Positions 7,284-15,831 of a DNA stretch of 25,479 nucleotides are shown piece after piece. A program made the translations under genes and the position numbers. The stretch is from an archaeon. GTDB lineage: Archaea; SpSt-1190; DYHY01. The notes under the pieces are model-generated. The model was not told the origin of the DNA, made no database searches, and saw nothing but the letters and a program-made list of their open reading frames with translations. The stretch spans positions 1-25,479 of the forward strand of contig JAZDJS010000047.1 in the NCBI GenBank assembly GCA_043803745.1. The letters run 5' to 3'. Position 1 is the stretch's first letter. Each line of letters starts with the position of its first letter.

Positions 7284-7970
7284 GTGCCGCTGAAAACGCT
7301 GATGACGAAGATTGACGAGCTTCTCGGAGGCGGACTTCCGGAAAAAAGCACCTTCCTCCTCAAGGGACCCCCCGCTTCAAAGAAGGAGTCGATACTCTTC
7401 CAGTTCCTTCACGCCGGAAAGAAATCCGGAAATCCGATAGCATTTGTTGCAACCGACTCATCTCCCGCCGAAATCGAGAAGCGCGCCATTTCCCTCGGGC
7501 TCGACCTCTCCTCGACGAAGTTCGTCGACTGCTATTCCTGGGCGCTCCAGCAGAGGAGTTCAAGCAGGCCCGGAGACATAATTGTCCCCGGACCCTCTTC
7601 CCTCAACGAGCTTTCAATTGCAATCTCAAGGGCCCTTTCCGAAATCAACAAGCCGGGGGTCCCCTCACGGGTTTCCTTCCAGTCCCTTTCAACCCTCGTC
7701 CTCTACAACAATCCCGACATAGTCTTCCGGTTCATCCAGATAATGGGGGCCCGCCTCAAGGCTTCCGGGGCAACGACCCTCTTCTCAATTGAAGAGGGGA
7801 TGCACGAGGAGCGGGTTTTCACAACGCTCGAGCATATTACCGACGGGACAATCGAGTTCAAGTCCGAGAACGGGGCGGACTTTTTGAGGATCCCCCGGCT
7901 TCCGGCAGGCAAGCCGATTTCCAACTGGATCCAGTTCGAGGCAACCCCTTACGGAATCGAGATAAAATAG
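7284..7970 (+). CDS. Single-domain KaiC/RAD55-like protein, probably catalytically inactive
   Basis: Motifs IDELLGGGLPEK, FVDCYS, SLNELSIAI and EGMHEE...LEHITDGTIEF. Walker A is GPPASKKE and Walker B is VSFQSLS (D to Q). Confidence 0.88.
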   Translation: MPLKTLMTKIDELLGGGLPEKSTFLLKGPPASKKESILFQFLHAGKKSGNPIAFVATDSSPAEIEKRAISLGLDLSSTKFVDCYSWALQQRSSSRPGDIIVPGPSSLNELSIAISRALSEINKPGVPSRVSFQSLSTLVLYNNPDIVFRFIQIMGARLKASGATTLFSIEEGMHEERVFTTLEHITDGTIEFKSENGADFLRIPRLPAGKPISNWIQFEATPYGIEIK

Positions 7971-8081
7971 GGCTTCAGGCTTCGCTTTACAACTCATCGG
8001 CTTTCGGCACAGAAATGAAATGACCTCTTTTTCGGAGTTAAACCTGGCAAAGGATATAAACCGCTGCCAACTCCGGAAGGA

Positions 8082-8921
8082 ATGGCAGGGCAAATTCTCC
8101 CAGAGGTTGCGAGAGAGCTCCATGAAACGCTTGGAAAGATATACAGCCGGATTTTCGGCGGGCCTTCTCTAGGCGATGTTCTCAGGCGAGACGCTTATCT
8201 TGGGGACTTTTTGGGAAGGCCCGACGAGGCAATCAACTTTGCCCGCGGAAGCCTTGCCACGACAACTTTAGCCCATTCAGCCGATTACAAGGAGGGGATT
8301 GTAAGGTTTCCCTGGCTGCCCGGGGACGGAGGTGTCGGAGAGGATTTGCTCCGAAGGGAGATTCTCGCAGCCCAGGATTCGCCGGACGGAAATTACACCG
8401 TTGTCCTTGAAGTCGCAGCAGAGCTGCCGGAGAGCCGGCTTGAAAAAGGGGATGCCCGAAACGGGTTCAATCAGAGAATTTTTCCAGCTGCACGCAAATA
8501 TGGCGATGCCTTTGAGAAACTCGGCTACAGGCCGGTTGCGCTCTATTTCATTGCAGATGAAATGGATACGATGGATTTTTCAACGGTCTATGACCGGGCT
8601 TTCTTCGGGCTCCTTGGTGCCACAAGCAGCGCCGTAAAGGTTGACGACCATACGCTCCGCGGCGAAGCAATTCCAAGGAAGCTAAAAGCCACCGCTGGAA
8701 TCAGCACGGGAGTTTTCGGAAGCGATGGCAAGAGCTCCGGATGGTTCAACCGCTTCGAAGGGAGGCCGTATGCCAAGTTCGACATAACCGACTTGGCAGG
8801 ACCTGAGACAACCCAAAGAAGGGTTCTTGACGCTTTTCTAAAAGCCGCTTACTTGGGAACGACAACTACTCCGGCTCGCGGCCAAAGCTGCGGCTTGGGC
8901 GATTGCGGCATTGAAGGCTGA
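8082..8921 (+). CDS. Hypothetical protein
   Basis: 279-aa ORF with a TATA-like GATATAAA at about 8053-8060. No motif recognised. Confidence 0.6.
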   Translation: MAGQILPEVARELHETLGKIYSRIFGGPSLGDVLRRDAYLGDFLGRPDEAINFARGSLATTTLAHSADYKEGIVRFPWLPGDGGVGEDLLRREILAAQDSPDGNYTVVLEVAAELPESRLEKGDARNGFNQRIFPAARKYGDAFEKLGYRPVALYFIADEMDTMDFSTVYDRAFFGLLGATSSAVKVDDHTLRGEAIPRKLKATAGISTGVFGSDGKSSGWFNRFEGRPYAKFDITDLAGPETTQRRVLDAFLKAAYLGTTTTPARGQSCGLGDCGIEG

Positions 8922-8939
8922 GTTGCAGAGGCAGTCTCC

Positions 8940-9230
8940 ATAAACCAAGTCTTCTCCGGCCGAATCCGGCTGAGCTAGGCCGAGGTTTAGGCGAGGCTCG
9001 GCATCTCCGAGCACGACGCAAAGTCGATATTCGGCGAAATGATTCCAGTTCCCGCCGAATATCGGAAAGCCGCTCCCTCCGCTCGGTTATATGCCGGCAG
9101 GAGAGAAGGTTATAGTTCATCCCGGGCGGCTAGGGGAGAAAAATGGCTGGCAATCCCGGTCAAGTATCCCCCCGCCAAATACCCGGTCTCCGGATCCTGT
9201 CCGGGAACCTTTTTCCCAAGGGGTTCCGCC
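8940..9230. ncRNA. Candidate structured non-coding RNA or element
   Basis: Perfect 12-bp stem CGATATTCGGCG/CGCCGAATATCG (9025-9036/9053-9064) and hairpin GCTCGG/CCGAGC (8996-9012). Possible long closing helix 8940-8960 with 9093-9113, and further stems at 9121-9227. No convincing ORF. Confidence 0.4.
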
Positions 9231-9334
9231 AATCAACCCGATTTCCACCAATTTTGGACCTTTTTCGGTCAGTCTCAAACTCTTTCCGGAGCCACAGTTG
9301 AAAAATTAAAAACCCCAAGTTCCCGTTTCCCAAC

Positions 9335-10600
9335 ATGGCGAAAACCGCCCAAATCATCCAAAAAATTCTCTCCAAGATAAACCCCTCCCCGAAGGAACGG
9401 AAAGCGGTTGGCGCGATTGTCGAGGAGGCAATGAAAATCTGCAGGAAAACCGCGAAGAATTCGGAGATAGTCCTCTGCGGCTCCTTTGCAAAGGACACCT
9501 ATCTTTCGGGGATACGGGACGTCGACATTTTCCTCGTTGCCCGGGAGGGGAGGACCGCAGAAACGGACTGTCTTGCCGATGCGGAAGCCTGCGCCAAGGC
9601 ACTTTCCCCGAAAGGCTATGAACGGAAGTTCTCATCCCACAAATATTTCACTGCCGACTTCAAGGGATACAAGTTCGACCTTGTGCCGGCATACCCCTTC
9701 AAGCCTGGGGAAGCCCTCCGCTCGTCGGTTGACCGGACCCCTCTCCATGCCGAATACATCAACGGAAACCTTTCCGACAAGGCGGTCGCCAGGCTGATGA
9801 AAGCGTTCTGCAGGGGAGTCGGGGTTTACGGGGCTGATGCGAAAAACCAGGGCTTTTCAGGATATTTGTGCGAGCTTATCGCCGCAAAAGAGGGGACCTT
9901 CGAGCAGATTCTCAAAAGCTCGGCAGGAATGAAGCATCCCCTTGAAATCCCCGACCCGGTCGACTCGGAAAGGAACGTTGCCTCGGCGGTTTCCGAGGAT
10001 TCCCTGGAGAGGTTCAAGCGCTCCGCAAAAGCGTTCCTTTCGAAACCCTCGGAGCTTTTTTTCTTCCAGGGAAAGGTCCCGGCGAAGGTCCCCGCCCTTA
10101 ATTCGAAAAAGCAGATTTCCCTGATTTACAAGGAAACATTCGAAGCCGAGGACGCCCTCTACTCAAAGGCTCGCAGCAACCTTGCCCAAATTGTCAAGGA
10201 TGTTTCCGACATTGGCTTCTCGGTGAAGCGCTCGGGCTTTGCAGCAAGCCCCGCAAGCGGGGAGGTTCTCTTCATCCTTGAATTCGACAAGATGTTTCTC
10301 CCGAGAACGCGGATTGTCGAGGGTCCCCCGCTGAGCGTCCGGCGCGACTACATTGACGCATTCGTTTCAAAGCACGGAAAGGAAAAGGTCTACCAGAAGA
10401 AGGGCCGGCTTTATGCAAAGGAGGACCGGAAGATTTTCGAGGCAAGGCAGGCGGTTCTTGCAATGGGAAGGACCTTCCTCCCGACCTTTGCCCTTGTCGA
10501 GAGCCAAAAGGCGCTTTCCGCAATTTTCAGGGAGCTTCCCGACGGGGAAAAACGGAGACTTTGCTCGTTCCTCCTGAAGCGGGAAGTCTGGCAGGTCTGA
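9335..10600 (+). CDS. cca: CCA tRNA nucleotidyltransferase (archaeal class I)
   Basis: Motifs GSFAKDTYLSGIRDVDIF, VDRTPLH, GVYGAD...GFSGYLCEL and DPVDSERNVASAVS. Confidence 0.95.
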   Translation: MAKTAQIIQKILSKINPSPKERKAVGAIVEEAMKICRKTAKNSEIVLCGSFAKDTYLSGIRDVDIFLVAREGRTAETDCLADAEACAKALSPKGYERKFSSHKYFTADFKGYKFDLVPAYPFKPGEALRSSVDRTPLHAEYINGNLSDKAVARLMKAFCRGVGVYGADAKNQGFSGYLCELIAAKEGTFEQILKSSAGMKHPLEIPDPVDSERNVASAVSEDSLERFKRSAKAFLSKPSELFFFQGKVPAKVPALNSKKQISLIYKETFEAEDALYSKARSNLAQIVKDVSDIGFSVKRSGFAASPASGEVLFILEFDKMFLPRTRIVEGPPLSVRRDYIDAFVSKHGKEKVYQKKGRLYAKEDRKIFEARQAVLAMGRTFLPTFALVESQKALSAIFRELPDGEKRRLCSFLLKREVWQV

Positions 10601-10607
10601 TTTCCAA

Positions 10608-11495
10608 ATGGCCGGAAAAATAACGTTGACATTTCTCGGGACCGGCTCGACGATCCCTTCTCCCAAGCGGGCTCACCCGGCAATTGTCCTTTCCACACTC
10701 GGGGAGAACCTCCTTTTCGACTGCGGCGAGGGAACGCAGGTCAAGCTCCAGGAAGCCGGGATAAATCCGATGAGGATATCGCGGATTTTCATAACCCATT
10801 TCCATCCGGACCATTTTCTCGGGTTGCCCGGGCTCGTTTCCTCCCTTGAGCTTTGCGGACGGACCGAGCCCCTTGAAATTTTCTCGCCGAAGGGCGCGGC
10901 GGGGAAGCTGAGTGCGCTTGTCAAGCTCTGCAACGGCGGACGGCTCCCTAAATACCTGATAGACTTCCGGAAAGTCCCCCTCAGCAGCAAGCCAATTGAG
11001 ATTTCCAGGGGAGACCGGCAGTCCATCTTCTCCTGCAAGACAAGCCACCACATCCCGGCGGTCGGATATTCCTTCGTCGAGAGGGATAGCTTCCACCTAA
11101 TTCCGGAGAAACTTCCGGAGAAGCTCAAGAAGCCGAAAGCCCTTCCAAAAATAAAGCCCGAGAAAAACCCGGAATATTTCTCCGTTGAAAAAGGGCGGAA
11201 GATAACTTACAGCGGGGACACCCGCTTTTCGGAGGGAATTGTCCGGCTTGCGGAAGGCTCCGACATCCTGATACACGAGGCGACGTTCCCCTGCGACAAG
11301 TCGGAGAAGGCGAAGGAATACTGCCACTCGACCCCCGAAACGGCCGCCCAGGTTGCGCTCAAGGCCCGGGCGAAAAAGCTGATCCTCACCCATTTCAGCA
11401 GGCGGATTTCCGACATCAAGGAGCAGGAAGCTGCAGCGAGAAAGCTCTTCCCGGAAACCTTCTGCGCAGAGGACCTTCAGGTTTTCGAGCTCTGA
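10608..11495 (+). CDS. rnz: Ribonuclease Z
   Basis: Motifs FLGTGSTIP, LFDCGEGTQ, THFHPDH, YSGDT, LIHEAT, HST and LTHFSRR. Confidence 0.95.
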   Translation: MAGKITLTFLGTGSTIPSPKRAHPAIVLSTLGENLLFDCGEGTQVKLQEAGINPMRISRIFITHFHPDHFLGLPGLVSSLELCGRTEPLEIFSPKGAAGKLSALVKLCNGGRLPKYLIDFRKVPLSSKPIEISRGDRQSIFSCKTSHHIPAVGYSFVERDSFHLIPEKLPEKLKKPKALPKIKPEKNPEYFSVEKGRKITYSGDTRFSEGIVRLAEGSDILIHEATFPCDKSEKAKEYCHSTPETAAQVALKARAKKLILTHFSRRISDIKEQEAAARKLFPETFCAEDLQVFEL

Positions 11496-12115
11496 CTAGA
11501 GATTTCCCGATTGAATTCGGCAACAATCCGCTTTATCCGTTCGACCGAAGCCGGAAGCGTTTCAGGCACTTTCAGGCAGGGGTATTTGACTTCAAGGACG
11601 AGGCCCTCTTCAGAGGCCATTGCGACAAGGTCGTATATTGTGCCCGCCTCCTCGAGAATCGGAACCGACGCGCCTTTTTCAAGTCCCAGGGAGATGTTTC
11701 CCGAGTCGTTCACTTGCCGGAGCCCAAGGTTTGCGCGCTCGGCCAGAGAACCGGTTTTCCTATATGCCGCGTCATAGAAAACCCAATCTTCGGGAGATTC
11801 CCCAAACGACTTTTCGCCCCGTCCAACAGGCCATGCGTTGTAAATGTGGACTGTCCAGGGCGCGCATATGCTGGCAACAGCAACTCCCCCGAATTTTGTC
11901 TCAAGGAGATAAGCAAGCTCGCTGCACATGCCCTGCCTCCCGTGCAGGAAGTCCTCCTGGAGCATCCCGTTTCCGCCGAGGAAAAACGAGGGAATATTTA
12001 TTTTCCTGCCCTCCCTTGAGCCATATATCCGGTCATATCTCGAGAAATAGCTTGCGGCAAACCTCAGGTCCTCTTCCCGGACGTATTGGTCGACCTCGCG
12101 GATTATTTTCCGCAT
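11477..12115 (-). CDS. Cys-His-Asp triad (transglutaminase/NAT-like) protein, paralog 3 of a tandem array
   Basis: Motifs ASYFS, GRQGMCSEL, VHIYN and PEDWVFYDA are shared with the two upstream genes. Confidence 0.7.
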   Translation of the reverse strand: MRKIIREVDQYVREEDLRFAASYFSRYDRIYGSREGRKINIPSFFLGGNGMLQEDFLHGRQGMCSELAYLLETKFGGVAVASICAPWTVHIYNAWPVGRGEKSFGESPEDWVFYDAAYRKTGSLAERANLGLRQVNDSGNISLGLEKGASVPILEEAGTIYDLVAMASEEGLVLEVKYPCLKVPETLPASVERIKRIVAEFNREISSQSSKT

Positions 12116-12154
12116 GCCAACCGCCGCGTCCTTCTTGAGCCGAACAGGTTCAAG

Positions 12155-12856
12155 TCATTCAAGCCCCCATGCGCTCAGTGCGCTTTTAGGCGCAAAAGCC
12201 CGCCAGGATTTTTTGACCGCTTCCTCGATTCTTGCAGCCTCCTTGTCGAACGGGAGCCATATCGGGCGCTTGTCAATTGTCGGATAAACATCGTCAGCAA
12301 GGTCGGAAGAAAGAAAATAAACCGAATGGCTGTCGCGCCAAACTGGCGAGACATCCTCGAAAAGCAAGAATTCCTTCTCAACCCGCAGCCCTTCCGGAGG
12401 GTCGGAAAAGTCGACAAGCCCGAAAACCCGGTATCCGCATTCGGAAAGCGGGCCGCCCTTCCTGAAGCAGGCATCGTAATAATTCCAGTCCTCCGGATGT
12501 TCCTCAGGAGCCCTCGGACTTTCGCAAGCGGGCGCGACGTTTACAAAATGCGAATCCAGCCGTTTGTTTCCAACCCTTGCTATTTTCGCGCCAGTTAGAA
12601 ACTCAAAATAGCTTGAAAGTTCGGCGCATTCTCCCCGGATTCCCCGCCTGAATTCACCGGCTTCAACCGCCTTCCGGAAATCCCGCCCGAACAAAAAATA
12701 TTCAGGGATTACGGGGCCCCAACCAAGCGAGTCATAATTCATCCAGCGGACATCATCATTCCGGGAGAAGTAGCTCGCGCCGTATCTGATGTCGCGGTCG
12801 TGGACAAGCTTTTCAATCTCAGCCAGCTGATGTGAATGCGAAATTGGGTTAGGCAC
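12155..12856 (-). CDS. Cys-His-Asp triad protein, paralog 2 (GTG start at 12856 preferred over 12883)
   Basis: Motifs ASYFS, GIRGECAEL, SHFVN and PEDWNYYDA. A GGAGG lies upstream and the start overlaps the end of paralog 1. Confidence 0.7.
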   Translation of the reverse strand: MPNPISHSHQLAEIEKLVHDRDIRYGASYFSRNDDVRWMNYDSLGWGPVIPEYFLFGRDFRKAVEAGEFRRGIRGECAELSSYFEFLTGAKIARVGNKRLDSHFVNVAPACESPRAPEEHPEDWNYYDACFRKGGPLSECGYRVFGLVDFSDPPEGLRVEKEFLLFEDVSPVWRDSHSVYFLSSDLADDVYPTIDKRPIWLPFDKEAARIEEAVKKSWRAFAPKSALSAWGLE

Positions 12857-13526
12857 GGAGAGTCTCCCCTCCGAACGTCTCAATCCAGTCCCTACGGACT
12901 ATTCCATCTATTCTCAAAGCCTCTGCAGGGCTTTCCGGAGAAAGTGGGTTGCCGTCCAGACCTACGGCAGGTCTTAAACGATTACAGCAATAGCTCAACG
13001 TATAGGTTTTTCCAGCTTCATTCCAAACTGGAGGGTCGAGGAAATAAACATAGTGATGAACGTCTTCGTGTTCTGCCTTTTCAGTCGGGAATTTTTTGAA
13101 TTTGTATTTCCCATCGGACAAAGCGCCCTTTCTATTGTAGCATGCGTCGTAGTAAAGCCAGTCCTCCGGATGCTCCTTCGGGTCCCTTTGCGAATCCCCG
13201 GAAGCCTCCAAATTTATCAGGTGGTTGCCCCATTCTTCGCTTTTCACGTTAGCTGCCGGAACCCCGCAGACGTGCCAGAGATATTTCGCGGTTTCCCCGC
13301 AACTTCCCCGGACACCGTGCCGGAAATTCCCGCTTTCCAGCTCTCTTTCGAACGCTGCTGCGCCAAGCGAAAAATTCGGTATGATTATGCTTGCAGTTGA
13401 ACCGTCAATTGCGAAATTAGCGGAATCGTTGATTGAGAAATAGCTCGCACCATACTGGATGCCGAGGTCGGTTACGAGCCTTTCTGCCAGGTCAAGCCGG
13501 CGCCCCGTTCCGGTGAGGATTTGCAC
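12849..13526 (-). CDS. Cys-His-Asp triad protein, paralog 1 (start re-called to the GTG at 13526)
   Basis: Motifs ASYFS, GVRGSCGET, NHLIN and PEDWLYYDA. TATAAA lies at 13553-13548 on the minus strand. The longer ORF-track start lies antisense inside taw1. Confidence 0.68.
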   Translation of the reverse strand: MQILTGTGRRLDLAERLVTDLGIQYGASYFSINDSANFAIDGSTASIIIPNFSLGAAAFERELESGNFRHGVRGSCGETAKYLWHVCGVPAANVKSEEWGNHLINLEASGDSQRDPKEHPEDWLYYDACYNRKGALSDGKYKFKKFPTEKAEHEDVHHYVYFLDPPVWNEAGKTYTLSYCCNRLRPAVGLDGNPLSPESPAEALRIDGIVRRDWIETFGGETLRA

Positions 13527-13627
13527 ATAACTGAAATGCCGCAGGTGTTTATAGATTTTACCCCTTGGAAATGGCACGAACTCCAAATCCAGCACAGAAT
13601 TAAAAACCTCCGGAGCAACCGGCGGAA

Positions 13628-14587
13628 ATGCCCGAGAATTTCCCGCTTGAAACCGAAGCTCGTCTTGAGCGCGCGGGCTACCGGATTGTCGGGGGGAACC
13701 GGCGCGCCGGAGTGAAAATCTGCTCATATACCAAAAGGGCGCTCCTTGGGACGGGCGGCTGCTACAAGCAGAAATTCTACGGGATTGCAAGCCACCGCTG
13801 CCTCCAGATGGCGCCGGATATTTTCTCCTGCAACCACAGGTGCGTTTTCTGCTGGCGGGACACAAGGGCGATGGGACGAGGGCGCGCCCCAAAAGAGAGG
13901 ATTCCCGAACTTGTCAGGGGGACAATTGAAGCCCAAAGAAAGCTCCTCATTGGCTACAAGGGAAATCCGGGAGTTCCGCCAGAGCTTTTCTCCCAGTCGG
14001 AGAATCCTAACCAGGTTGCGATTTCACTTGCCGGAGAACCAACTATTTTCCCGCAGCTTGGCGCGCTGATCTCCGCGTACAAAAAATCCGGCTGCACGAC
14101 CTTCCTTGTAACCAACGGAACAAGGCCGGAAGCGCTCGCGAAGCTGAAGCCGCTCCCGACCCAGCTTTACGTGACGCTTCCCGCGCCGGACGAGAAAAGC
14201 TACAGGAGGACCTGCGCTCCCGTCGAAAAGGGCCTCTGGAAGAAACTGCTCAAAACTCTTTCGATTCTCCCAAAGCTGAGAACAAGAAAGGTCCTCCGGC
14301 TCACCCTTGTCAGGGGGCTCAATTTCAACTCACCGGAAAAATATGCGGAACTTATCAGGCTTGCCAGACCGCATTACGTCGAGGTCAAGAGCTACGTCAA
14401 TGTCGGATATTCGACCCGCCGGCTTTCCAGGGCGCGGATGCTTGCCCACGAGGAAATCCGGGAGTTCGCGGGAAAAATCGCGCAAGCTTCTGACTATCTT
14501 GTCACCGACGAGTTTCCGGACTCGCGGGTCGTCCTTCTCTGCCGGGACGCGAAAGCCCGGGACGAAAGGATAATAAGGTCGCGCTGA
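13628..14587 (+). CDS. taw1: 4-demethylwyosine synthase (Taw1/TYW1), radical SAM
   Basis: Motifs CYKQKFYGIASHRCLQM, CNHRCVFCWR, AISLAGEPT, TFLVTNGT and YVEVKSY. Confidence 0.96.
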   Translation: MPENFPLETEARLERAGYRIVGGNRRAGVKICSYTKRALLGTGGCYKQKFYGIASHRCLQMAPDIFSCNHRCVFCWRDTRAMGRGRAPKERIPELVRGTIEAQRKLLIGYKGNPGVPPELFSQSENPNQVAISLAGEPTIFPQLGALISAYKKSGCTTFLVTNGTRPEALAKLKPLPTQLYVTLPAPDEKSYRRTCAPVEKGLWKKLLKTLSILPKLRTRKVLRLTLVRGLNFNSPEKYAELIRLARPHYVEVKSYVNVGYSTRRLSRARMLAHEEIREFAGKIAQASDYLVTDEFPDSRVVLLCRDAKARDERIIRSR

Positions 14588-14600
14588 GGAGGCGGATTGG

Positions 14601-15689
14601 ATGGAAATCGGAAAACTCCAAAAGCTCATGCGGGCTGCCGGGCTCGGCTGCTGGCTCACGGTTTCGGCTGAATGCTCCGACAAAAACTCGGAAATCCTCC
14701 TTGGGCGGAAAGTATCAGGGCTCCATTTCCTCTGCATTCCTGCGAAAGGAAAGTCATTCGTACTGGTAGGCAGGATGGAAGCTGACGCTGTCCGCGCGCC
14801 CTTTTCAAAAATAATTTTCGAAAAAAGGGCTGAAGCCGAAAAACTCCTGAGGAAGAAAATCCCCGCCCGCGCGAAAATCGCCCTGAATTTCTCCAAGCGC
14901 GCAAGTTGCGACTATCTGACGCTCTCGCAGTTCCGTTTCCTGAAAAAGGCGCTCCCCGGAAGGAGATTCATTTCCTCGGAAAAGCTCCAGGAACTCCGCG
15001 CCATCAGAACCTCTGCGGAGGTTCAGAACCACAGAAAAGCAATCCAGATAACCGGCCGCGCCCTTGAACTTGAGAAGAAAAAGGGATTCGCCGGAAGAAC
15101 GGAGGGGGAAATCGCATTCTCAATAAAAAAGACCTTCCTTGAACTAGGGGCTGACGAGGCTTTCGAAACAATCGTTGCTTCCGGAAAAAACTCGGCGGAC
15201 CCGCACCACAAACCCGGCAAGCGCAAGGTCCGGGCAAACGAGCCCCTGCTAATCGATTTCGGGGCAAAGGTCGGCGGAAGCTGCGCCGACATCACAAGGA
15301 CCTTCTGGGTCGGGAAAAAACCGACAGAACTTTTCAAAAAGGCCTATTCTTCCGTTCTCCGAGCCCAGGAAAAATCGATTGAGCTTGTCCAAGCTGGCGC
15401 AAAAGGCAGGGAAATAAACGATTTCTCAGTCAAGCTCCTGAAAAAGAATTTCCCGGAAAAGGCGGTCCTCCATTCCCTCGGGCATTCCCTCGGCGCCCTT
15501 GTCCATGAGGCGGGGCCGGGACTTTTTTCAAAAGAAAAGCGGGCTCTCCTGGAAAACCAAATAGTGACAGTCGAGCCGGGGCTATATTTTCCCGGGAAAT
15601 TCGGCGTCAGGATAGAGGACGACATTTTGGTTGGAAAAAGGCCGCTCAACCTGAGCGGGGGAATTAGGAAAGAAAAACTCAGTCAATAA
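14601..15689 (+). CDS. pepQ: Xaa-Pro aminopeptidase / prolidase (M24B)
   Basis: Motifs SADPHH, IDFGA...CADITRT, HSLGHSLGALVHE, TVEPGLY and GVRIEDD. Confidence 0.92.
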   Translation: MEIGKLQKLMRAAGLGCWLTVSAECSDKNSEILLGRKVSGLHFLCIPAKGKSFVLVGRMEADAVRAPFSKIIFEKRAEAEKLLRKKIPARAKIALNFSKRASCDYLTLSQFRFLKKALPGRRFISSEKLQELRAIRTSAEVQNHRKAIQITGRALELEKKKGFAGRTEGEIAFSIKKTFLELGADEAFETIVASGKNSADPHHKPGKRKVRANEPLLIDFGAKVGGSCADITRTFWVGKKPTELFKKAYSSVLRAQEKSIELVQAGAKGREINDFSVKLLKKNFPEKAVLHSLGHSLGALVHEAGPGLFSKEKRALLENQIVTVEPGLYFPGKFGVRIEDDILVGKRPLNLSGGIRKEKLSQ

Positions 15690-15831
15690 TTTCCTTCTGC
15701 TGCCGCGACCATTTCTTGTTGGGGGCGGATTTCAGCCATTCCGCGTGCTTGTCAACGAACTCAAGCCGTTCTTTCCTGTTGCGCTCCATTTCGGCCTTGA
15801 GCTTCTTCAAGTTGATTTTCGGGAGCCTCAT
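15679..15831 (-). CDS. 50-aa helical protein translationally coupled to the nucleotidyltransferase (missed by the ORF track)
   Basis: Own translation: MRLPKINLKKLKAEMERNRKERLEFVDKHAEWLKSAPNKKWSRQQKEIID*. It has an ATGA overlap with the upstream stop and fills the gap exactly. Confidence 0.75.
   Translation of the reverse strand: MRLPKINLKKLKAEMERNRKERLEFVDKHAEWLKSAPNKKWSRQQKEIID

Noticed and set aside
5129-7363. Long antisense ORFs over the Roadblock/GTPase operon
   Set aside because: Shadow frames of well-supported plus-strand genes. Their mutual similarity only mirrors the Roadblock duplication.
5749-7970. Circadian KaiC clock or RadA/RadB recombinase
   Set aside because: Single degenerate domains, no KaiA/KaiB, and no RadA N-terminal domain.
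8866-9498. ORFs 8866..9120, 9039..9380, 9091..9309 and 9160..9498
   Set aside because: Arg/Pro/Ser-rich translations typical of GC-rich structured non-coding DNA, overlapping each other or real genes.
9335-10600. CD-NTase/OAS-like (CBASS) interpretation
   Set aside because: Class I CCA-enzyme motifs run throughout, the gene is coupled to rnz, and there are no effector genes.
13527-13892. N-terminal extension of ORF 12849..13892
   Set aside because: It is antisense to taw1 and absent from the two paralogs. A TATA box and GTG define a start at 13526.
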